Shown: positions 50,988 through 57,537 of the stretch, piece by piece
How the letters are laid out: the number at the start of each line of letters is the position of its first letter
Numbering within the stretch: position 1 is the first letter of the stretch
NCBI GenBank assembly: GCA_020348945.1
Contig: CP070759.1
Span: forward strand, 1,407,637 to 1,465,173
Reading direction: 5' to 3'
DNA: 57,537 nt
Source of the DNA: Candidatus Bathyarchaeota archaeon
Lineage (GTDB): Archaea; Thermoproteota; Bathyarchaeia; Bathyarchaeales; Bathyarchaeaceae
Program-made: the position numbers and the translations under genes
The notes under the pieces: generated by a model
Database searches by the model: none
What the model saw: only the letters and a program-made list of their open reading frames with translations
What the model was told of the DNA's origin: nothing

Positions 50988-51545
50988 ATGCCCGAGAAGT
51001 TCGAAACCGAGTTCATTGAAAACTTTCTAGTTGTATGGGACCCAGCTAAAGGGTCGGAACTCTATAAACTCGGCTATTATGGTAAGCCCATGGGTATCCC
51101 CAAACCCAAGGCAGAAGACTTCAGTGTTCCCCTCATCCTTGACCTTATGGAAGGGCTTTACCTCGTCGAGAAGGGAATAATCACCGTGACAGAGGGACCT
51201 GAAAACACAAAAGTCAGCTTTTCCAAGCTGAGGAGAAGGGCGAAAAAACTGTACGAGGAATTTGACCTTAAATACGCGGTGTATCAAGACCTGCGTAATC
51301 AGGAACTCATCGTCACTCCAGGTATAAAGTACGGGTGTGACTTCGCCGTGTACAAGCACGGGCCAGGCGTTGACCATGCTCCTTACATGGTGTCAGTGAA
51401 GAAGACGAAGGACGAGATTACAGCCACTGAGATAGTGAAGGCTGGACGACTCGCTACAACCGTGAGAAAACGGTTCATACTAGCCATGCCCGACATAGAA
51501 ACGGAAAAGATACGATATTTAATCTTCAAGTGGTTTAAAGCGTAA
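50988..51545 (+). CDS. endA: tRNA-intron endonuclease, catalytic subunit
   Basis: VYQDLR, GIKYGCDFAVY, DHAPY, RLATTVRK (Tyr/His/Lys triad). Confidence 0.93.
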   Translation: MPEKFETEFIENFLVVWDPAKGSELYKLGYYGKPMGIPKPKAEDFSVPLILDLMEGLYLVEKGIITVTEGPENTKVSFSKLRRRAKKLYEEFDLKYAVYQDLRNQELIVTPGIKYGCDFAVYKHGPGVDHAPYMVSVKKTKDEITATEIVKAGRLATTVRKRFILAMPDIETEKIRYLIFKWFKA

Positions 51546-51552
51546 GATACAC

Positions 51553-52710
51553 TCATGTTTCTGGGTGGTTTTCAGCTTTAGTTTTAAGGTAATGCTCGAG
51601 TCTGTCTATTCCCTTAGAAATGTTTTCTATCGAGTTAGTGTAGGAAAACCTTATGTATCCTTCTGCGTTGCTTCCAAAATCGATTCCAGGAGTAGTTCCA
51701 ACACCTGCTTTTTCCAACAGCTCAAAGGAGAACTTCAGCGAATCATTGGTGAACCTTTTAGCGTTGGCGAAGACGTAGAACGCTCCAGTGGGTTCCACAG
51801 CTATGCTGAAGCCGATTTTTCTGAGGCTTTGAATCATCAGTTTCCGCCTCTTATCATAGATGTTGACCATGCGCTGAACGTCGGTGGCGGCTTCTTTCAG
51901 GGCGGCGATGCCAGCCCATTGGGTTATCGTATTTGCTGAGATGAAGAAGTTCTGCACTAGTTTTTGCAGGGGACGCACGTATTTTTTTGGAGCTATGACG
52001 TATCCGAGGCGCCACCCTGTCATGGCGAACTGCTTTGAAAACCCGCTGATCACAAATGCGTTTTTCGTGAACTCTAGGATTGAATGTTCTTTTCCCTCGA
52101 ACACAAGCCCATGGTATATTTCATCTGAAACCACGGCGGGACCAAGCGTAGCGATTCGGCTTAAAGCATCAGTGTCAAGGACTTGTCCAGTAGGGTTTCC
52201 CGGCGAGTTAATCATGATTGCCCTAGTTCTAGGATTGATTTTTTCCTTTATGTCATCTGGATTGTACTGGAAGCCGTCGTGTTCGCTGACCTTTACAAAC
52301 TTCGGGGTGCACCCCAAAAACGTGACGAAGTTAGGATAACATGGGTAATGGGGGTTCGAAATTATCACTTCGTCCCCTTCCTCAAGCAGAGCGGAAAACG
52401 CGCTGAATAGGCCAGGTGAAGACCCGTTCATAACAATAATTTGGTCAGGGGAAACGGAGACGCCGTACTTTTCAAGAAAGTGTTCAGCAATGGCTTCTCT
52501 CAACTCCAGAATTCCGAGGCTTGACGTATAACGGGTCTTTCCATCGCGTATCGCCTTCGTTGCAGCCTCCGTGATGCAGCTAGGAGTGGGAAAATCGGGT
52601 TCCCCCACTTCCAAGTGAATGATTGACCGTCCCTGACGCTCGAGTTCCCGAGATCGTTCCATCACTTCCATAGCGTAGAACGGCGGCATATCCATCACGG
52701 TCTTGCGCAT
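51553..52710 (-). CDS. Class I/II PLP-dependent aminotransferase (aspartate aminotransferase-like)
   Basis: HLEVGEPDF, NSPGNPTG, SDEIYHGL, GFSKQFAMTGWRLGY. Confidence 0.94.
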   Translation of the reverse strand: MRKTVMDMPPFYAMEVMERSRELERQGRSIIHLEVGEPDFPTPSCITEAATKAIRDGKTRYTSSLGILELREAIAEHFLEKYGVSVSPDQIIVMNGSSPGLFSAFSALLEEGDEVIISNPHYPCYPNFVTFLGCTPKFVKVSEHDGFQYNPDDIKEKINPRTRAIMINSPGNPTGQVLDTDALSRIATLGPAVVSDEIYHGLVFEGKEHSILEFTKNAFVISGFSKQFAMTGWRLGYVIAPKKYVRPLQKLVQNFFISANTITQWAGIAALKEAATDVQRMVNIYDKRRKLMIQSLRKIGFSIAVEPTGAFYVFANAKRFTNDSLKFSFELLEKAGVGTTPGIDFGSNAEGYIRFSYTNSIENISKGIDRLEHYLKTKAENHPET

Positions 52711-52920
52711 TTTCAACCATCCTTCAATTCTCAAACTATCCTCTCATGGAACATCAAAACTCAACTTTAAACTTTTTCATCAAACTTGCCAAACTTTTGT
52801 AGACACCATAATTCGTTTGATGTTCAAAAAAGACGGCTTTGCCTATCTCTACTTCACAAACGGGAAAAACTATTGTTTCAACGTGGCGCACGCATTTTTT
52901 AGTTGGCACATGTGTAGGCT

Positions 52921-53409
52921 TTACATGTTTATTTCTTTGGATTTTTTGCCAGTTATGTAATTTATGTCGATTCTGCCCATTGTGAGATTACTTAGTTCTT
53001 TAGGGTCTAGACACTCAGGTAACAAGGTTTCAGGATTTTTATAGAGTTGTCTCACCATACACTTTATGGCCAAGCGTTTCTCGTCGAGTTTTTCTATGAA
53101 GGTTATGTTTCCAGAGAAATGAACCGAAGCGTAGAGATGATCGCATTTGCCTTCAAAGTAACCGTGGTCTAGTAGCGCTTGTCCCCATACTATGTTGTTC
53201 GATTTCAAGTAGTCAAGCTTCTTGCCTTTTCCAGCACAGTGGAAGTAAATGCAATTGCGTTTTTCATCGTAGCCATGACTAAGTGACACCAGATATGGTT
53301 TATTATCCATGGAAAGAGCGATGGTTACGTATTTTGTGGACTTCAATATCTTCTTGAGAATATTTGCGTCTGTTATCTTCAAATCTTTTCGTCTCAAATG
53401 ATATGCCAT
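52921..53409 (-). CDS. Pyridoxamine 5'-phosphate oxidase-like (NimA/NimC) flavin-binding protein
   Basis: LRRKD, PYLVSLSHGY, IYFHCAGKGKKLD, YASV. Confidence 0.88.
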   Translation of the reverse strand: MAYHLRRKDLKITDANILKKILKSTKYVTIALSMDNKPYLVSLSHGYDEKRNCIYFHCAGKGKKLDYLKSNNIVWGQALLDHGYFEGKCDHLYASVHFSGNITFIEKLDEKRLAIKCMVRQLYKNPETLLPECLDPKELSNLTMGRIDINYITGKKSKEINM

Positions 53410-53558
53410 AATATCTGTTATTCTTGAAGACAAATATTAATCTTGCATTCCGCGAAATACCGAGCGTCCCATTTTTTTCTCGCATTACTTTTAAAATGCG
53501 GACGTACGTAGCTACTCGCAAAAGCCTTTAGAAGTGCATGCAACCATAATTTGTTTTA

Positions 53559-53960
53559 ATGAAAAGCAATTGCGTCCGTTGCGGCCAGAAGATCGAGGAA
53601 ACACGTTTCATATTTTACGAAGTGGATCAGCGAGATAAGAAATATGAATTCGGAATCTTTTGTGTCCACTGCACAACCGAACTTTTAGATGAATTGAAAG
53701 GCAAGGTTGAATGGTTCCACATAGAAAGAACTTGGAAAGGATACATTCATCCTGAAGCTAGGCTTGAATTAGAGAAAACTGGTTTCATTCATTCAAAGCG
53801 CAACCCTCAATACGTAGAGATAAACCCTGTTGGAAGAAAGCGTGAGGAAGTGAGGACAAGAGAAGCTTTAGACATTTTAAGAGTGAAATATGCTGGGGGC
53901 CTCATTTCAAAACAAGAATATCGAAAGCTATTGAAGAAGCTCAGCGAAGTGGACACATGA
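53559..53960 (+). CDS. Hypothetical protein with two CxxC motifs and a C-terminal SHOCT-like domain
   Basis: CVRC...CVHC; EALDILRVKYAGGLISKQEYRKLLKKL. Confidence 0.7.
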   Translation: MKSNCVRCGQKIEETRFIFYEVDQRDKKYEFGIFCVHCTTELLDELKGKVEWFHIERTWKGYIHPEARLELEKTGFIHSKRNPQYVEINPVGRKREEVRTREALDILRVKYAGGLISKQEYRKLLKKLSEVDT

Positions 53961-54096
53961 GACCATAACGTTTGTTCACTGAGCTTGTAGAATGAACCTT
54001 ACCCACAATATTCGTTTTGCTTAACGTTTATTTGTTGCGCGCTAGGGTGTTTAGAAATTAATTATTTTGCTCTGTCGTATTATTAGGGAGAAGAAA

Positions 54097-54798
54097 TTAC
54101 ATAGGAAATTGCGAAAAAAGTAAAGTCATCGCAATTCCTGATCCATTAAGGACTAGGTGTATGATTACACCTGGCGTAGTGTTCTTGAGACGTTGGGCAA
54201 TGAAGGGAACAATCGGGGTGGTAACCAGCATAAATGGTACTGCCCACCATTTGTAGATGTGGAAAAACGCCCACAATATGCCGTGTAATAACCATGTGTA
54301 ATTTCCATGCCTTAATTCCTGGCGAGGCAAAATATATCCACGCCACCACAGCTCCTCGCCAAAAATGTTTAGAAGCAACACAACCAAAAGCAGAGAGATG
54401 TTTGTTGGTTGCCCAGATGGGTAAATCTCAGGAGGAACAAATTTTAAGAATTCATATACAGCAACAGCAAGGAACGTAGTTATTAATGCCAATAGAAGAT
54501 TTACAAAAATACTCGTCGTAGTCCACTTCCACTCTCTCCATCCCATTCCCTTCAGGCGATAGCGTTCTCTGAAGGACCGCCATCTCAACGGGTTGCCTTC
54601 TTTCCAATATGCGATGACAGCTGCAACTATCAACCCTATGAACAAAATGATGCTCGCATAATGGTATCCATACTCCGTGGACAGACCGATATTAACAAAA
54701 TAAGGCCAGATAAAATAATGACAAACAACCGCAGCCAAAGCCGGCACGCCAAACGCTATCAGCGACTGCCATAAAGGCATGGGCTTGAGCTTGGGCAT
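54097..54798 (-). CDS. CPBP family intramembrane metalloprotease (CAAX/Abi)
   Basis: GEELWWRGY, LWAFFH, IIHLVLN; GGTGA before ATG 54798. Confidence 0.9.
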   Translation of the reverse strand: MPKLKPMPLWQSLIAFGVPALAAVVCHYFIWPYFVNIGLSTEYGYHYASIILFIGLIVAAVIAYWKEGNPLRWRSFRERYRLKGMGWREWKWTTTSIFVNLLLALITTFLAVAVYEFLKFVPPEIYPSGQPTNISLLLVVLLLNIFGEELWWRGYILPRQELRHGNYTWLLHGILWAFFHIYKWWAVPFMLVTTPIVPFIAQRLKNTTPGVIIHLVLNGSGIAMTLLFSQFPM

Positions 54799-54934
54799 TG
54801 ATTCACCAACTGCATATTCTATTGATCCCATATTTTAGTATATATATCATACATGCATGCACTACCTCGGATTCCTTCTTAGAGGGCATTAAATAACCAT
54901 TCGCGCATGATACCATATGGGAGCATGTGGCAAT

Positions 54935-55228
54935 ATGGCAACGAAAGTTAATACCTGCATTTACCTTGACAGGAAAGTCTTGGAAACCGCCAAGCGGGTG
55001 GGCCTGAACGTGTCGAGGGTCTCCGAGAACGCGCTCGTTGAAGCGATAGGGCGCCTGAGGGGGATGGAAGCTGAGACCGGCCTCAAGAGCCGTCCGCGCG
55101 TTGAGGGCCGGGGCCGGGATTCGAACCCGGGAGGCAGGCTCCACAGGCCTGTAGACTACCAGGCTACCTGCTCTATACACACCTTTTTTTGTGAGGTGTT
55201 TTTGAAGAGTCTCTCAACATTATACTAA
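54935..55228 (+). CDS. CcdA-like RHH protein reading through antisense tRNA; candidate N-terminal fragment of a split (SSV/pTN3-type) integrase
   Basis: KVNTCIYLDRKVLETAKRVGLNVSRVSENALVEAI RHH/CcdA pattern; GRGRDSNPG...HRPVDYQAT is the antisense of the tRNA-His fragment. Confidence 0.6.
   Translation: MATKVNTCIYLDRKVLETAKRVGLNVSRVSENALVEAIGRLRGMEAETGLKSRPRVEGRGRDSNPGGRLHRPVDYQATCSIHTFFCEVFLKSLSTLY
55105..55168 (-). pseudogene. 5'-truncated tRNA-His(GTG), candidate att site
   Basis: GGTAGCCTGGTAGTCTA CAGGC-CTGTGGA-GCCTG CCTC CCGGG-TTCGAAT-CCCGG CCCCGGC CC; the 5' acceptor strand GCCGGGG is missing (GTATAGAGCA instead). Confidence 0.75.
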
Positions 55229-55293
55229 CATAGCAAATACCTCAAATGCCTTTGCGCGCATTTATCCAGTACTTAACGAAAATAATGTCTTGA

Positions 55294-55818
55294 TTATCTG
55301 ATGAATTCATCCTGAGCTTGGCAGTAATTTATGTGAAAAATAGTTTTTGCAATTACTTGTGGACTTGAATTATGTTCTAAAGCCCATGGCATTCTTAAAG
55401 CTTCGATTCGAACCTCATGGGAGAAAGCCATGTAGCAAATATTTCTAGAAAAGTCAATTCCATAATCCGCCTCCTCCATGTTAGTCTTGTGGAAAGAGGC
55501 GAGTGTTCTCACAATGCTTCCCATGTTTAGCCCCAGTTTGGAATACTTGTAACGAAGCATTGCCTCTATGGCGCTAAGGTCACTCCAGTTGGCGTTATGG
55601 ATTGTTATCATATGGTCTTTCATGGTTTCATCAAACAAGAAAACCAGTATCAAGCGATAGGGATTGCGGAATTGCAAGGCTTCGACTTGGCATGGCCGCT
55701 TGAGAACTTGCTCCTTGATGTAGTCCCCAAAGAATTCCCTTTCTTCTTCTGTCAAATTTTCTGCTTCCTCTCGATAGGCATTGACAAACGCCAAAATCCA
55801 TTCTCTCAGCCTAAGCAT
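55294..55818 (-). CDS. Hypothetical protein
   Basis: 174 aa ORF with GGAGGG upstream; no recognised motif. Confidence 0.6.
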   Translation of the reverse strand: MLRLREWILAFVNAYREEAENLTEEEREFFGDYIKEQVLKRPCQVEALQFRNPYRLILVFLFDETMKDHMITIHNANWSDLSAIEAMLRYKYSKLGLNMGSIVRTLASFHKTNMEEADYGIDFSRNICYMAFSHEVRIEALRMPWALEHNSSPQVIAKTIFHINYCQAQDEFIR

Positions 55819-55891
55819 AATTTAACCCTCCAACAACACGTTTCGGTATGCGTGCTCATTAAAGAAATATAGTGCTCCATAAGCTTGAAGG

Positions 55892-56548
55892 TCATGTTTC
55901 CTTGACATTTAATTTCACCGCTAATTCTTTGAGAGCTTGATTAATGTCGTATGTCTCTTTCCTTTTGGGTCGGATTTTCTCTACTATCCAAATGACCTCA
56001 TCTACACTGTTGTTGAAAGGTAGTTCGTATTCGGGTTCTGAGAGGAGTAATTCAAAGATTGCCTTTGCTGTTTGGCCGAAGCTTGTATGCCAAAACTGAA
56101 AGTAGAAATCAATTGCTTCTTCTTTCGATTTCGCTCGTCTATGCACCGCAAGGGCTGCTTCAAAACATGAAAGGTGATCCGCCAACAAATTGAGAGCTAT
56201 GAACCAAAAAATCTTCTTGAATTCCTCTTGTCGTCTCATCTCGTCGAGACCCTTGATGTCATCTAATAGTCTCTTGAAATCGGACAACTTTTCTTCAATA
56301 GGCAACAGAACAAAATCTAAGGCTTGACCAATTTTTGTGCCGCTTAGCTGATATATTGTCGATGGGGGTCTTTTCGAAATGTCTGCTTCAGTTTCAACAA
56401 TTCCACATTTGATCATTTTGGTCAAAAATGTGGAAAGAGCGCCCTTGCTGATACCTGTCTCCTCCAACAACTCTGACCAAGTTAATCTTTTTTTGTTCGA
56501 CAATGCCATCAAAACTTCTTTCTTGACATTTATCTTTCGTCGTGGCAT
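55892..56548 (-). CDS. Winged-helix DNA-binding protein (ArsR/MarR-like N-terminus)
   Basis: LTWSELLEETGISKGALSTFLTKMIKCGIV...TIYQL. Confidence 0.75.
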   Translation of the reverse strand: MPRRKINVKKEVLMALSNKKRLTWSELLEETGISKGALSTFLTKMIKCGIVETEADISKRPPSTIYQLSGTKIGQALDFVLLPIEEKLSDFKRLLDDIKGLDEMRRQEEFKKIFWFIALNLLADHLSCFEAALAVHRRAKSKEEAIDFYFQFWHTSFGQTAKAIFELLLSEPEYELPFNNSVDEVIWIVEKIRPKRKETYDINQALKELAVKLNVKET

Positions 56549-56623
56549 TACTTATTCACTGAACTTAGTTCATAAGATAAAAACTTTAAAAAACTTTCCC
56601 TCCTGAATAGAAACTGAGAGATC

Positions 56624-56806
56624 TTGAGAAGCCCTAAGATAGATATTCGAAAACTGAAGAATTTTGCTTATTGTGGTGTCCCAAGAAGCTGGCCGCTTTA
56701 CCAAGTCATATTGCTTGAAGAAGACATGATGGACATTAAGGTTTTCCTTTCGAGACTGTCACTTTGGCTGAAATTAATAAGGGCACAAGACATTAGGAGT
56801 GGATGA
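56624..56806 (+). CDS. Small hypothetical protein, divergent from the wHTH gene
   Basis: 60 aa, IDIRKLKNFA...PLYQVILLEED....FLSRLSLWLKL; arrangement typical of mobile-element regulatory switches. Confidence 0.5.
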   Translation: MRSPKIDIRKLKNFAYCGVPRSWPLYQVILLEEDMMDIKVFLSRLSLWLKLIRAQDIRSG

Positions 56807-56842
56807 AACCTTCACTTTTTCAAGTTTACGCAACACTCTTAA

Positions 56843-57247
56843 GGTCGGTATGATGTTGCCAGCCTTGCAGTTTCACACTCAAGTAGCTATGATCTCCGCA
56901 ATTTGCCTAAACATCCAATCCATCCAAACATTCGATTGGATCTAATTTGTGCACTCTTCCGGCTAATTGATGGTTGTGATCTAATGCCATCTAGAACTAA
57001 TAAAGCGCTCTATGAGATTCTGATGCAATATGATCCGATGAGCGAAAGAAACCAGAAGTTTTGGAAAGCACATTTTAGTATAAAGGGAGTCGTTTTCAAA
57101 AACGATCAGATAATTGTCTCTTACAGAAACCCATCGTCTGCTAAGGTATTAATCGATCACCTAAAAAAAGACCTCGTGCCCATCAACGAAGTTCTCCTAC
57201 GACATGGCTTCCCAGAATTCTCGATTTCTGGCAAAAAGGTAAAATAA
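56843..57247 (+). pseudogene. C-terminal fragment of an HD-domain (HD-CE-like) protein
   Basis: Frame extends upstream of the ORF-track start 56903: ASLAVSH...IRLDLICALFRLIDGCDL..SR...FWKAH; N-terminal HD motif absent (in-frame TAA near 56840). Confidence 0.45.
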
Positions 57248-57311
57248 GAAAAGTATTCGCGCGCGCAGCTCAAACTCCTCTTCGTATGCGCGTAGGCTGT
57301 CTTTTCAGACC

Positions 57312-57420
57312 TTGGTATGCCGGCGATCTCGGATTTGAACCCGACGGGGGGACTCAACTCGCCTGTTAAAATGTAATGGACTTGAACCCTTTCGGGTATT
57401 AGTCCTGCCCGGCCCACCAA
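57312..57420. other. Structured tRNA-like element with terminal inverted repeats
   Basis: TTGGTATGCCGG...CCGGCCCACCAA (10/12 match); internal hairpins; T-loop-like GGTTCAAATCC and GGTTCAAGTCC on the minus strand. Confidence 0.45.
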
Positions 57421-57537
57421 ACTCTTGCCTTATTTTTCTTGGAGAAAATGATTTAAGCTTGGCGGTAGATAATAGAGGCCCAAGTTTAGGTGTTAAACCT
57501 ACCGCATGAGTCCCCAGTTTACACACAACAGCGTGCT

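Noticed and set aside
55105..55180. Functional tRNA-His gene
   Set aside because: The 5' acceptor strand complementary to CCCCGGC is absent from the adjacent sequence.
57378..57405. GAACCC-TTTC-GGGT hairpin resembling an archaeal SECIS
   Set aside because: GGG is followed by T rather than the conserved A, and no upstream ORF has a Sec-like TGA.

Overview
Archaeal chromosomal segment. The gene set and protein style (TiaS, Tsr3, archaeal EndA, MEDS protein, non-pyrrolysine MttB, dockerin/cohesin and NosD surface proteins) point to Candidatus Bathyarchaeia; this taxonomy is inferred. The core holds a complete branched-chain amino acid cluster (cimA, ilvB-ilvN-ilvC-leuC-leuD-leuB-leuA-pheA-serB on the minus strand, divergent ilvD). 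It also holds tiaS-glyA-apgM, nnr-tsr3, a SPOUT-presenilin-rpl3-rpl4-rpl23 block, rpl2, pgi/pmi, ino1, threonine dehydratase and glyS-DUF47-endA. About 6.7 kb of genes (EamA, MttB-like, M20 amidohydrolase, MEDS, ICMT) separate rpl23 from rpl2. There are two large modular surface proteins, and both window ends are accessory or decayed (TA remnants, hairpin repeats, a CcdA-like/int(N)-like ORF running into a 5'-truncated tRNA-His, a tRNA-like cloverleaf). The best novel candidate is an unannotated 43-codon upstream ORF directly before ilvB. It ends in Ile-Ile-Ile-Val-Trp-Leu using all three Ile codons and carries an anti-Shine-Dalgarno sequence, suggesting leader-peptide attenuation in an archaeon. 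All calls come from reading motifs by eye; no searches were run.
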